64,000 bases of DNA from Candidatus Latescibacterota bacterium (GCA_965200315.1 OZ241362.1:4992001-5056000); one strand, 5' to 3'; positions 19,297-29,168 are shown, counted from the first letter of the stretch. The notes: a model not told the origin generated them from the letters alone. Numbers and translations: made by a program.

Positions 19297-20484
19297 ATGC
19301 AGATTCGAGATGTGAAATGTTACCTATTGCAGGGCGAACCCGCGACGCGGCAGGAAAATTGCGCGGCCAGAGGAAGCATCGCCCCCGTGCCGCCGGGTAT
19401 CTCCGGCCTGCTCACCCACGATCAGGGATTCGGTGCGGCCAGTCCCGAGGGATTTACGTTTACCGGGGAAGAGCCCGAGCCGACTTATCGCCTGATGATT
19501 CGGCTTGTGACGGATGGCGAACTGGATGCGTACGCCGATTATGCCACGGGTTTTGATCCTCGGGAATTGGAGTGGCAGGCTAAGGCGTTTCTGGCCCGGT
19601 ATGCCCACATGCTCATCGGCGTGGATGCCTTTGACCGGGAATACATCTGGCAGCGGTTCTGGATGGCTCAGCGGTTCATGTACACGGGCCGGGGGTTGCT
19701 CGACACCATCGACCGGATGTTGTGGGACTTGGCTAGTCGAAGTGCCCGCCTGCCGATCTACAAGCTGCTCGGAGCCTGCCGCGAAAGCGTCCCCGCCTAC
19801 TGCAATGTCGGCGGCCGGACCATTGACGACTTGGTGGCCCATGCGGTGAAACGGGTGGAAGAAGAGGGGTTTATCGGTTGCAAGGATCACTCGTACCGGG
19901 GGGTGAAAAGCAACGGGGAGATGGCTAGGAAGCTGCGGGAGACGCTGGGCGACGATATCTTGCTCTTCCACGATGCCGTCGAGTCGTACACGGTCGAAGA
20001 GGCTATAAAAATCGGCCGCATACTGGAGAAGTACCACTACAGGTGGATTGAAGAGCCGTTGCAGGACTACGACATCATGGGCCTGAAGAAGCTGTGCGAC
20101 GCCCTCGATCTTCCGGTGCTGACCCTCGAATGGATCGGAGCCATCGGCGGACAGCCCTACAATACGGCACCGTACTTGGCGTTACAGGCCGCGGATATCG
20201 TCCGGCAGCGGGGCATCGGCATCACGGGCCAAGTCAAACAGGCCCAACTGGCCGAGAGCTTTGGCGTCGAGGTACACGGTGGCGATCCCCAGGTCATCCT
20301 GTCCATTGGCAACGACCCCGTTTTTGAAGCTATGGGCGTGCAGCAGCGTCCTCCTGAGGAGGAACTAGACTGCCGGGGTACGGTCGTCGTGGAGAATGGC
20401 GCTCTGTCGATAGCTTGGAGCGACCGCCCTGCGGCGGAACCGGACTGGGACGAGATGGCGCGGAACGCCGTTTTGGTCATTTGA
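19297..20484 (+). CDS. Mandelate racemase/muconate lactonizing enzyme family protein
   Basis: IDRMLWDL...PIYKLLG, GCKDH, LFHD, WIEEP, TLE and VHG motifs. Confidence 0.85.
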   Translation: MQIRDVKCYLLQGEPATRQENCAARGSIAPVPPGISGLLTHDQGFGAASPEGFTFTGEEPEPTYRLMIRLVTDGELDAYADYATGFDPRELEWQAKAFLARYAHMLIGVDAFDREYIWQRFWMAQRFMYTGRGLLDTIDRMLWDLASRSARLPIYKLLGACRESVPAYCNVGGRTIDDLVAHAVKRVEEEGFIGCKDHSYRGVKSNGEMARKLRETLGDDILLFHDAVESYTVEEAIKIGRILEKYHYRWIEEPLQDYDIMGLKKLCDALDLPVLTLEWIGAIGGQPYNTAPYLALQAADIVRQRGIGITGQVKQAQLAESFGVEVHGGDPQVILSIGNDPVFEAMGVQQRPPEEELDCRGTVVVENGALSIAWSDRPAAEPDWDEMARNAVLVI

Positions 20485-20498
20485 TCGCGGAACGATCT

Positions 20499-21194
20499 TC
20501 ACAGTAGCGCCTCGGCTAGCTCGGTAAAATTTCCCACCTCTACATCGGGTCGGTATGGCGTTTCTTCGTAAGGCAGGGCGTTGCGGTTGACGAAGATGCC
20601 TCTCATGCCGCAGGCCCGCGCACCCAGCACGTCGAATGAATTGGCCGAAACCATCATGCACTGCCCCACTTCCAAGTCCAGCAAAGTCGCAGCCCGGCGA
20701 TACACCCGAGGATGCGGCTTAAAGGCACCTACTTCTTCAACCGAGATAATGCGATCGAAGTCCCAGCCAATGCGATTGGTCGCCAGATGGGCCAAAAAGT
20801 CTGCCTCGCCATTGGACAGCGCGACTAGGCGGTAGCGCCTCTGTAACTTTTCGAGGGCTGCCCGCACATCGGGGAAGGGGTTGAGGTGCTGCCAAGCGGC
20901 CATGAGCCGGGGGACATCTCCTTCGGCCACGTTTATTCCCTCTAACTTCAAAACGTAGATCAAGGCCCGCCGCACCGTCTCCAAATAGCCGCTGTGGCCC
21001 AACAGGAGGATATTGTCCTGATATTGCTCCAAGCGCTGGCGTACCCGCCATTGGTTCCACAGATGCTCGGGTGCTACCGAAGATCTTTTATCGCGCAGAT
21101 AAGACGCGATGGCCGGGGTCAGGCTGCCGCCCAAGTCGAGGACGGTGCCGAACAGATCGAAAGTGAGGGCTTGTACCGCTGGAAATTTGTTCAT
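20499..21194 (-). CDS. Haloacid dehalogenase type II (HAD superfamily)
   Basis: FDLFGTVLD, LSNG, FKPHPRVY and VSAN.FDV.GA motifs. Confidence 0.88.
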   Translation of the reverse strand: MNKFPAVQALTFDLFGTVLDLGGSLTPAIASYLRDKRSSVAPEHLWNQWRVRQRLEQYQDNILLLGHSGYLETVRRALIYVLKLEGINVAEGDVPRLMAAWQHLNPFPDVRAALEKLQRRYRLVALSNGEADFLAHLATNRIGWDFDRIISVEEVGAFKPHPRVYRRAATLLDLEVGQCMMVSANSFDVLGARACGMRGIFVNRNALPYEETPYRPDVEVGNFTELAEALL

Positions 21195-21420
21195 TGATTC
21201 GCCTTTATAGGTTGTTGAGCTCCTGCTTAAAGTAATCCAATGTATATACCGCTTCTACGGTCCGTTTACTTAGGAGATCCCTTTTGATATACGGCTCTAC
21301 GGCAATCGAGAAACGTCCGCGCATTTGCCTCGTCTCGTTTGTCGCGCGGTAAGCGATTGCGTAATTTACTCTATCTGCAAGCGGTAGAACAAGCACTTTA
21401 TTTAGAATGATTAGTATGCA

Positions 21421-22323
21421 ATGTGCGGTATCGTTGGGCTGTACGTAAAAAAACGCGACTTGGCCGACCAAGTCGGCGCGCTGTTTGCCGAGATGCTAAT
21501 CTGCATGAGCGATCGCGGCCCGGATAGCGCGGGGTTGGCGCTCTACGGCAATGAGCCGCCGCCGGGCTTTATTAAGGTTACCTTGCGGCACGCGGCCGAC
21601 GACTACGACTGGCCGGGGCTGGCCGACCAACTCGGCGCACGCTTTGATTGCGAGGCTAGTCTGCGCGTCAACGCCAACTACGCGGTCATCGCAGTGCGAG
21701 CCAACGCTGATTCGCTGGGGCGGGCGCTAGCTGGATCAGATCCGGGTCTGACGATAATGAGCGTTGGCCGCAGCATTGAGATCCTCAAAGAAATCGGCGC
21801 ACCCGCGGCGATCGTCGATCGCTTCGGCGTCCGCAAGATGCGCGGTACGCACATCATCGGCCACACGCGCATGGCCACCGAGAGCGCGGTGACCACCGAC
21901 GGCTCACATCCCTTTTCTACGGGCATGGACCTCTGTCTCGTACACAACGGTTCGCTGAGCAACCACAATCGGCTGCGTACGCGCTTGGAGCGCAGGGGGA
22001 TTGAAATCCGCACGGAAAATGACTCGGAAGTGGCGGCTGGCTACTTGATGTGGCGGATGCAGCAGGGGGACACCTTGCAACAAGCACTACAAGCAGCACT
22101 CGACGACTTAGACGGCTTCTATACCTTTGCCATTGGCACGGCCGATGGCTTCGCAGTCTTGCGCGACCCGATCGCCTGCAAGCCGGCGGTGCTGGCCGAG
22201 ACGGATGAGTACGTGGCGATGGCCAGCGAGTTTCAGGCGCTATCGAGCTTGCCGGGGATCGACGCCGCCGAGGTGTGGGAGCCCAAGCCGGCGCGGGTGT
22301 ACACTTGGGGAGGGGTGGGATAA
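21421..22323 (+). CDS. glxB: Class II glutamine amidotransferase, N-methylglutamate synthase subunit A (GlxB/MgsA)
   Basis: N-terminal MCGIVG, RGPDSAG, GHTRMATES, VHNGSLSN, RDPIACKP; context with glxC, glxD and glnT. Confidence 0.9.
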   Translation: MCGIVGLYVKKRDLADQVGALFAEMLICMSDRGPDSAGLALYGNEPPPGFIKVTLRHAADDYDWPGLADQLGARFDCEASLRVNANYAVIAVRANADSLGRALAGSDPGLTIMSVGRSIEILKEIGAPAAIVDRFGVRKMRGTHIIGHTRMATESAVTTDGSHPFSTGMDLCLVHNGSLSNHNRLRTRLERRGIEIRTENDSEVAAGYLMWRMQQGDTLQQALQAALDDLDGFYTFAIGTADGFAVLRDPIACKPAVLAETDEYVAMASEFQALSSLPGIDAAEVWEPKPARVYTWGGVG

Positions 22324-22367
22324 TCTACAATAAGTTGCGCTTAGCCTCTGATACCGGATATTACAAT

Positions 22368-23075
22368 ATGAAAAAGAAAAAAGAGAACTTTTTTGGTTCC
22401 GAAGTAGAAAAAGTTTATGGAGAAGTAAAAGGACCATATAACCAGAATAGCATCAAAAAGAGAATCGAAGCTCTTTTCCTCGATAACCTTGGAAAAATTC
22501 TAGCAAGAGAGCAAATCATTGCAGTCGCTAGGGACCCGGTAACCCAAAGAGAACCTGAAAACTGGCATCAGAGATTATCGGAGTTGCGAACTGATGATGG
22601 CTACACAATTTTGTCGTGGAGGAATCGGGGAGATCTAAGAATTCAAGAATACCTTATGCCGACCGCTAAAAAAAGACCAAAAACAAACAAAAGGATCCGT
22701 CCAAATAATCCAGTGTGGTTAAATGTATTGGAGAACGCGGATTACTCTTGTACGTGGGAGGAAGATGGTGTTCGGTGCGGACTTAAAGACGGAGACATAG
22801 ATCCAATCGGAGGAGGTACTGTAAAACTCACACCAGATCATAAGGCCCCTCACTCAATAAACGCTGAGATTGACCCCAATGATCCGAATAAATGGAGAGT
22901 ATTATGTGGACGGCATCAGGTTATGAAGAAGAATTTTTGGGATGATAGCACTGGTAAGATCAATGTCTATGCTATTATTCAAGCTGCGAGTGAGCAAGAA
23001 AAGAAGATAGTCTTCTCTTTTTTAGTCGATTATTTTGGATATCAAATCAATGACAGAAAATTGGAAAGAGGATAG
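22368..23075 (+). CDS. KpnI-like HNH type II restriction endonuclease
   Basis: RIEALFLDNLGK, PENWHQRLSELRTD.GYTILSWR, GDIDPIGGGTVKLTPDH and LCGRHQVMKKN.WD match R.KpnI as recalled (not searched). AT-rich and adjacent to a methyltransferase. Confidence 0.85.
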   Translation: MKKKKENFFGSEVEKVYGEVKGPYNQNSIKKRIEALFLDNLGKILAREQIIAVARDPVTQREPENWHQRLSELRTDDGYTILSWRNRGDLRIQEYLMPTAKKRPKTNKRIRPNNPVWLNVLENADYSCTWEEDGVRCGLKDGDIDPIGGGTVKLTPDHKAPHSINAEIDPNDPNKWRVLCGRHQVMKKNFWDDSTGKINVYAIIQAASEQEKKIVFSFLVDYFGYQINDRKLERG

Positions 23076-23077
23076 CT

Positions 23078-23887
23078 ATGAATCAGATGACTTTTACGGA
23101 ACTCGACGAAGCTGTGCATAACGGCAGACCTCAAAAGGGCAATGCCATCATACTACCGCCGATGGATGTATTTGAATCCATCGAGTGGGTTAGATTAGCT
23201 GGTATCAAGCCGCGTGTCGTAATGCTCGATCCGTGGTATAATAAGGGTTTTGGAGAAATAAGAGATGATTACAATGATTTTGTCGTGTCCATACTCGAAG
23301 CTCTTATTGGTATATCCGACCACGTATTCTTATGGGGTTTTCCCGAGATCATAGCTCAGTACTTTAATCGCATACCAACTGAGTACAAACTCGTCGCATG
23401 GCTCACTTGGTATTACAAGAATAATCCATCTGTTATTCGCGGATGGCGTTCGAGTCAAAATGCTTGCCTGCACCTTTCTCAAGGGGATGCACAATTATAT
23501 CCTGAACACTTTTTGAACGACATACAAAAAGAAAAATTAAGCAAGGGAAAACTAAGGTATATGCCCGGCCCAACTAGCGTAATAGAAGCGTCCTTATTGG
23601 TGGGTTTTGTAGGCCGGAGTGAGCAAACAGGTCATCCATCTCAAAAACCATTAAAGGTATATGAGCCGCTTTTCTTTATGACGACTAAAGAAGAAGATTT
23701 GATCTATGATCCTATGTGTGGATCTGGGACTACGGGTGCATTTGCCTTAGAACATAATCGGGTCGCAATTTTATCAGACGTCAACGAGGAATATGTTTCT
23801 ATGGTTGAGTCGCGGCTCCTAGAAAAGAGAATTCATTCTAACAGTGCATTGTCCTCAATGCTTAAAGCTGATCTGGAGAGGAATTAG
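23078..23887 (+). CDS. Beta-class N6-A/N4-C DNA methyltransferase (partner of the KpnI-like REase)
   Basis: Catalytic DPWY precedes HPSQKP and the SAM-binding DPMCGSGTT. Confidence 0.88.
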   Translation: MNQMTFTELDEAVHNGRPQKGNAIILPPMDVFESIEWVRLAGIKPRVVMLDPWYNKGFGEIRDDYNDFVVSILEALIGISDHVFLWGFPEIIAQYFNRIPTEYKLVAWLTWYYKNNPSVIRGWRSSQNACLHLSQGDAQLYPEHFLNDIQKEKLSKGKLRYMPGPTSVIEASLLVGFVGRSEQTGHPSQKPLKVYEPLFFMTTKEEDLIYDPMCGSGTTGAFALEHNRVAILSDVNEEYVSMVESRLLEKRIHSNSALSSMLKADLERN

Positions 23888-23890
23888 CCA

Positions 23891-24583
23891 ATGGGCGCCG
23901 AGGTTTTCGACTTGGCGAGCGGAGAGTTGCGCCAGCTCAACCAGCGCCTGCACGACCTGACCGATGCGGCGGCCAAGACGCCGTGGCGGATTCTGCATCC
24001 GCGCGGTGTACACGCGGTGGCCGCCGGGGTCAATGCGCCGGTGGAAATCGATATCGAAGGCCACGTTGGCTATTATTGCGCCGGCATGAATCAGCGCGCT
24101 CACATCACCGTCCACGGGATGGTCGGGGTTGGGGTAGCCGAGAACATGATGTCGGGGCTGGTGAGAGTGAAGGGCCACGCCAGTCAGTGCGCCGGGGCCA
24201 CTGGGCACGGCGGCTTGCTGGTCATTGAGGGCGACGCGTCGAGCCGTTGCGGGATTTCGATGAAGGGAATCGATATCGTGGTCGGTGGCTCGGTCGGCCA
24301 CAGCAGTTGCTTCATGGCCCAAGCTGGTAACTTAGTCGTCTGCGGCGATGCCGACGAAGCGTTGGGCGACTCCCTGTACGAGGCGCGGATTTTCGTTCGC
24401 GGCCGGGTCGCGGGCTTGGGAGCCGACTGCATTGAAAAGCCCATGCGCGACGATCATGTGAGCGCATTGGCCGAGCTGTTGGCGCGAGCGGAGTTGCCCG
24501 ATGTGCGCCCGGAAGAATTCCGCCGCTACGGGTCGGCGCGCCAGCTTTACAACTTCAAGGTAGATAACGCATCCCAGTACTAG
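23891..24583 (+). CDS. glxC: GXGXG-domain protein, N-methylglutamate synthase subunit B (GlxC/MgsB)
   Basis: GYYCAGMN, AENMMSG, RCGISMKG, FMAQAG, LGDSLYE, YGSAR.LYNF. Confidence 0.9.
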   Translation: MGAEVFDLASGELRQLNQRLHDLTDAAAKTPWRILHPRGVHAVAAGVNAPVEIDIEGHVGYYCAGMNQRAHITVHGMVGVGVAENMMSGLVRVKGHASQCAGATGHGGLLVIEGDASSRCGISMKGIDIVVGGSVGHSSCFMAQAGNLVVCGDADEALGDSLYEARIFVRGRVAGLGADCIEKPMRDDHVSALAELLARAELPDVRPEEFRRYGSARQLYNFKVDNASQY

Positions 24584-24590
24584 ACGCTCT

Positions 24591-25940
24591 ATGACGCAAC
24601 CAAACCACAGCCCAGAGAGCCTGCGCGAATCGGCGACCTTTGGCCGCGACGTCATCTACGAGATCCAGCGTGCGGCGCAGACCGGGATCTACGATATCCG
24701 CGGCTGGGGGGCCAAGCGCCGAGTGCCCCATTTTGACGATTTGGTCTTTTTGGGCGCGAGCATGTCGCGCTATCCGCTGGAGGGCTACCGAGAGTGCTGC
24801 GACACCGATGTGCTACTGGGTACGCGCTACGCCCAAAACCCGATCCACCTCGACATCCCCATTACCATCGCGGGGATGAGCTTTGGCTCGCTGTCGGCGC
24901 AGGCCAAAGAAGCACTCGGCCGCGGTGCCAGCGAGGTGGGCACGAGCACCACGACCGGCGATGGCGGGATGACGCCGGAGGAGCGCGAACAGTCGCGGAT
25001 TTTGGTCTATCAGCTTTTGCCCTCGCGCTACGGCATGAACCCCAACGACCTGCGGAAGGCCGATGCCATCGAGATAGTGCTCGGCCAAGGGGCCAAGCCC
25101 GGCGGCGGCGGGATGCTGTTGGGGCAGAAGATCAGCGACCGCGTCGCCCAGATGCGGACCTTGCCCAAGGACATCGACCAGCGCTCGGCCTGCCGCCACC
25201 CGGACTGGACCGGCCCGGACGACTTGGCGATCAAAATAGTCGAGCTGCGCGAGATTACCGACTGGAAGGTGCCGATTTACGTCAAGATCGGCGCGACTCG
25301 GACTTACTACGACACGCTCTTGGCGATCAAGGCCGGTGCCGACGTGGTGGTGCTCGATGGGATGCAGGGCGGCACGGGCGCGACTCAGGAGGTGTTCATC
25401 GAGCACGTGGGAATTCCGACTCTGCCGGCCGTGCGCCAAGCCGTGGAAGCGCTCAACGAGTTAGATATGCACCGCAAGGTGCAGCTCATTGTGTCTGGCG
25501 GCGTTCGCAGTGGCGCAGATGTGGCCAAAGCCTTGGCGATGGGGGCGGATGCCTGTTCGATTGGCACGGCCGCGCTGATTGCACTGGGCGACAACAGCCC
25601 GCATTTGGATCCCGAGTACCGCAAAATTGGCTCGGCCGCTGGCTTTTACGACGACTTGCAGGACGGCCAAGACCCGGCCGGCATCTCAACCCAGACCGAC
25701 ACCTTGGCTCAGCGTCTCGACCCGGTGGTCGGCGGCCGCCAGCTTGCCAACTATCTGCGGGTAATGACCATGGAGTGCCAGACCATTGCCCGCGCCTGCG
25801 GCAAATCGCACGTTCACAATCTGGAGCCAGAGGACTTGGCGGCGCTGACTATCGAGGCAGCGGCCATGGCCAAAATCCCTTTGGCCGGAACGGATTGGAT
25901 TCCTGGAAACACGCCAACTAAAGGAGCCTGCTGTGGCTGA
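24591..25940 (+). CDS. glxD: FMN-binding glutamate synthase-family protein, N-methylglutamate synthase subunit C (GlxD/MgsC)
   Basis: GMSFGSLS, TTTGDGG, GQGAKPGGGG, RHPDWTGPDDL, DGMQGGTGA. Confidence 0.92.
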   Translation: MTQPNHSPESLRESATFGRDVIYEIQRAAQTGIYDIRGWGAKRRVPHFDDLVFLGASMSRYPLEGYRECCDTDVLLGTRYAQNPIHLDIPITIAGMSFGSLSAQAKEALGRGASEVGTSTTTGDGGMTPEEREQSRILVYQLLPSRYGMNPNDLRKADAIEIVLGQGAKPGGGGMLLGQKISDRVAQMRTLPKDIDQRSACRHPDWTGPDDLAIKIVELREITDWKVPIYVKIGATRTYYDTLLAIKAGADVVVLDGMQGGTGATQEVFIEHVGIPTLPAVRQAVEALNELDMHRKVQLIVSGGVRSGADVAKALAMGADACSIGTAALIALGDNSPHLDPEYRKIGSAAGFYDDLQDGQDPAGISTQTDTLAQRLDPVVGGRQLANYLRVMTMECQTIARACGKSHVHNLEPEDLAALTIEAAAMAKIPLAGTDWIPGNTPTKGACCG

Positions 25941-27291
25941 ACGCACTCAGATCAAAGAACGCCTCGCCCAAGAGGGCATTGAATTCCTACTAGTACAGTT
26001 CGTCGATATGACCGGTGCGCCCAAAGTGAAGATGGTGCCACTAACGGCACTCGACGACGCGCTTGACGAAGGCGCGGGTTTTGCCGGCGCATCTATTTGG
26101 GGCTTGGGGCAGGGGCCGCACTCGCACGATATGCTGGCGCGGATCGACCTCGATTCGTACGCACGGCTGTCTTGGCAGCCGAACACCGTGCGCTTTGCCA
26201 GCGACCTCTTCGTCGATGGGGAGTCCTATCCCTATTGCTCGCGCACCAACCTCCAGAGGGTACTCGCCGACGCGACTCAGCAGGGCTATGTGTTCAACGT
26301 GGGCATGGAGCCGGAGCACTTTCTCGTCGCACGCGCTGACGACGGTTCGATTCGGCCTTGGGACCCAGACGGCGTGGACTCGTTGGCCAAACCCTGCTAC
26401 GACTTCCGCTCTATGTCGCCGGCCATGGCGTACTTGCAGGAGCTAACTCGGTCGCTCAACGACATGGGTTGGGGTGTTTATCAGTGCGACCACGAGGATG
26501 CCAACGGGCAGTTTGAGGTCAACTTCGACTACGCCGACGCGCTGACTACGTCGGACCGCATCATCTTCTTTAAGATGGCCACCTCGCAGATCGCCAAAAA
26601 GTACGGCGCGATCGCCTCGCACATGCCCAAGCCATTTGCCGATCGCACTGGCAGCGGCTTGCATGCGCACTACCATCTGGCCGACGCCGAATCGGGCGCG
26701 AATCTCTTCTTGGACGAGGGAGACGAGCGGGGATTGGGCTGCTCCAAGCTGGCCTACCACTTCCTCGGCGGCATTTTGCACCACGCGCGTGCGCTCTGCG
26801 CGGTGACTAGCCCGACTGTGAACTGCTACAAGCGCCTACAGCTCGGCGCTGGCATCTATTCAAGCCGTTCGGGCTTTACTTGGACGCCGGCGTTTATCAC
26901 CTACGGCGACAACAACCGCACACAGATGATCCGCACGGCCGGCGAGGGGCATTTTGAAGACCGCACGGTCAGTGCCGCGGCCAATCCCTATCTGGCCTTG
27001 GCCGCCTATCTGGTCGCCGGGCTCGACGGCGTTGAGCGCGGATTGGAGCCGGGTGAGCCGAATTTAGGCAACATGTACGAGCGCTCCCGCGACGAAATTC
27101 GAGCGGCAGAGGTGCAGCTTTTGCCGCAGTCGCTGGCCGAGGCGCTCGACGCACTGCGGGAAGACGAAGTGGTGCAGAGTGCGCTAGGCCCCATCGCCGA
27201 CGAGTTCCTCAAGATAAAAGCCGACGAGTGGGCCGAGTACGACAGCCAAGTCAGCCGCTGGGAGATCGACCGATATTTGACCTCCTGCTGA
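25933..27291 (+). CDS. glnT: GlnT-type ligase, probable gamma-glutamylmethylamide synthetase (GmaS)
   Basis: GAGFAG, GMEPEHF, KPCYD, DHEDANGQFE.N, MPKPF, YGDNNRT, ANPYL; located between mgs and mgd genes. Confidence 0.88.
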   Translation: MAERTQIKERLAQEGIEFLLVQFVDMTGAPKVKMVPLTALDDALDEGAGFAGASIWGLGQGPHSHDMLARIDLDSYARLSWQPNTVRFASDLFVDGESYPYCSRTNLQRVLADATQQGYVFNVGMEPEHFLVARADDGSIRPWDPDGVDSLAKPCYDFRSMSPAMAYLQELTRSLNDMGWGVYQCDHEDANGQFEVNFDYADALTTSDRIIFFKMATSQIAKKYGAIASHMPKPFADRTGSGLHAHYHLADAESGANLFLDEGDERGLGCSKLAYHFLGGILHHARALCAVTSPTVNCYKRLQLGAGIYSSRSGFTWTPAFITYGDNNRTQMIRTAGEGHFEDRTVSAAANPYLALAAYLVAGLDGVERGLEPGEPNLGNMYERSRDEIRAAEVQLLPQSLAEALDALREDEVVQSALGPIADEFLKIKADEWAEYDSQVSRWEIDRYLTSC

Positions 27292-27300
27292 AGCTATGCA

Positions 27301-27355
27301 CCCTTCGACAGGCTCAGGGTGCGGTGGTTGTTTTGGTTCGTTGAGCTTGTCGAAA
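27301..27355. repeat. REP-like imperfect inverted repeat
   Basis: TTCGACAGGCTCA (27304-27316) pairs with TGAGCTTGTCGAA (27342-27354), just after the glnT stop. Confidence 0.6.
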
Positions 27356-27439
27356 GTTATCAAGAAATTACACCCAGTACGGTGAACCTGCACAATAACC
27401 ATTTGTGCGTCTTACCGGCTGGCCGGACTCAAACCATTC

Positions 27440-28684
27440 ATGCCCTATCGGTTGCTCAAATACGGCCTCGAGAAGGATTACTCCGAGCCGCGCATGTTCC
27501 GCTCGCCCGAGCGGTTGCGCGACCGCTATGAAGTAGTGATCATCGGCGGCGGCGGGCACGGGCTGGCCGCGGCGCACTATCTCGCCCAAGAGCACGGTAT
27601 CAGCGACATCGCCGTCCTAGAGCAACGCTACATCGGGCACGGCGGCACCGGCCGCAACACGGCCATCATCCGCTCGAATTACCTGACGGAAGAGGGCGCG
27701 CGTTTTTACCAATTCAGCGTGGATCTGTACCGCGACTTGTCGCGGAAGCTCGACTACAACCTGTTCTACTCAGAGCGCGGTCATTTCACGCTGGCGCATT
27801 CACCAGCGTCGCTGCGGACGCAGCGCTGGCGCGCCGAGGTCAACAAGCACCTCGGCATCAGCTCCGAGGTCGTCGGCCCGGAGTTCATCAAGAAAACCAT
27901 CCCCGAGATCGACCTGAGCTGCGGTGGGCACCAGCCGCCCATCGTCGGCGCACTCTACCACCCGCCGGGGGCCATCGCCCGCCACGACGCGGTGGCGTGG
28001 GCCTATGCGCGCGGGGCCGACAGCCAAGGCGTTGAAATCCACCAGCAGACCTGCGTCACCGACATTGAAGTAGAGGACGGCCGGGTCGCGGGCGTCCACA
28101 CGGATCGTGGTTTTATCCAGGCTCGCAAGGTGCTCAGCGCGGTGGCGGGCTGGACGCCGCAGGTACAGAGGATGGTCGGCTTGCGCTCGCCGCTGGTGGT
28201 GCATCCGCTGCAGGCGTTTGTCACCGAGCCGTTCAAGCCGTGGCTCGACGCGATTGTCGTATCGGCCAGCTTGCACACGTACGTCAGCCAATCCTCACGC
28301 GGCGAGTTGGTGGCCGGTGCCTCTTTGGACCCCTACGAGCTAACGTCCATGCGCTCGACGCTCGACTTTGCCGAGGGCTTGGCCGGCCACATGCTCGACC
28401 TCTTTCCCTGCTTGGGCGACGTCAAGGTGCTGCGTCAGTGGGCCGGGTTGTGCGACATGACCCCGGACTTTTCGCCGCTCATGGGCACGACGCCGATTGC
28501 GGGCTTTTACATTGACGCGGGTTGGGGCACTTGGGGCTTTAAGGCCACGCCGGTCTGCGGCTACACCATGGCCCACACCATGGCCCACGACGAGGATCAT
28601 CCGCTGATCCGCGCCTTTAATCTGTCGCGCTTTGGTGCGTTTGAGTTGGTCGGGGAGAAGGGAGCGGCGTCCGTTGGGCACTGA
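27440..28684 (+). CDS. soxB: Sarcosine oxidase beta-like / N-methylglutamate dehydrogenase subunit A
   Basis: GGGGHGLA, GTGRNTAIIRSNY, ARHDAVAW.YARGA, GWGTWGFKATP. Confidence 0.92.
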   Translation: MPYRLLKYGLEKDYSEPRMFRSPERLRDRYEVVIIGGGGHGLAAAHYLAQEHGISDIAVLEQRYIGHGGTGRNTAIIRSNYLTEEGARFYQFSVDLYRDLSRKLDYNLFYSERGHFTLAHSPASLRTQRWRAEVNKHLGISSEVVGPEFIKKTIPEIDLSCGGHQPPIVGALYHPPGAIARHDAVAWAYARGADSQGVEIHQQTCVTDIEVEDGRVAGVHTDRGFIQARKVLSAVAGWTPQVQRMVGLRSPLVVHPLQAFVTEPFKPWLDAIVVSASLHTYVSQSSRGELVAGASLDPYELTSMRSTLDFAEGLAGHMLDLFPCLGDVKVLRQWAGLCDMTPDFSPLMGTTPIAGFYIDAGWGTWGFKATPVCGYTMAHTMAHDEDHPLIRAFNLSRFGAFELVGEKGAASVGH

Positions 28685-28719
28685 ACGGATGTTACGCAGC
28701 CTTGCGTTCGCTTGGTCCG

Positions 28720-28845
28720 GTCATGCCTGCAAAAGCAGGCTCCCGATGAACTTCTTCACGTAGTGAGCAGCCAACGCCCTTTGCCGACCCCTTGCTGCCC
28801 ACCGCATCGTGCGCTCGCGGTGAAGCCAGCTTTCGCGGGAATGAC
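28720..28845. repeat. Inverted pair of REP-like units (GTCATTCCCGCGAAAGC type)
   Basis: GTCATGCCTGCAAAAGCAGGC (28720-28740) and the reverse-oriented GTCATTCCCGCGAAAGCTGGC (28825-28845), between soxB and soxD. Confidence 0.6.
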
Positions 28846-28904
28846 AATGGGAAGGCAGGAAGCCACAGACAATAACGGATGCGTAACATCAGTTCCTGAT
28901 TCTA

Positions 28905-29168
28905 ATGAAAATCCTCACCTGTCCAATCAACGGCCCGCGTCCGCTCTCGGAATTCGTCTTCGGCGGCGAGGTGCGCTTCATGCCCGATCCCAAGAAAGCA
29001 AGCGATGCTGTTTGGGCCGACTACGTGTTCAACCGCTGCGGCGAGCCGGGCATCCAGCGCGAGTGGTGGTACCACAGCGCTAGCAGCACTTGGTTTATCG
29101 CCGAGCGCGACACAGCCCGCGACGAGATCGTCCGCACCTATTTGTGGGGCGAGGAGGACCAAACGTGA
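28905..29168 (+). CDS. soxD: Sarcosine oxidase delta-like / N-methylglutamate dehydrogenase subunit B
   Basis: CP.NGPR...EF..GGE, W.DYVF.R, EWWYH, WF..ERDT..DEI. Confidence 0.9.
   Translation: MKILTCPINGPRPLSEFVFGGEVRFMPDPKKASDAVWADYVFNRCGEPGIQREWWYHSASSTWFIAERDTARDEIVRTYLWGEEDQT

Noticed and set aside
21205-21471. 88-aa minus-strand ORF between the HAD gene and glxB
   Set aside because: It overlaps the glxB start, has no recognisable motif, and more likely is the divergent promoter region.
24794-25921. 375-aa alternative-frame ORF overlapping glxD
   Set aside because: Arg/Gly/Pro-rich shadow frame of a GC-rich gene, with no motifs.
28563-28588. Short tandem duplication (ACACCATGGCCC x2) in soxB
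   Set aside because: In-frame two-copy repeat encoding TMAHTMAH; too short to indicate a VNTR or phase variation.
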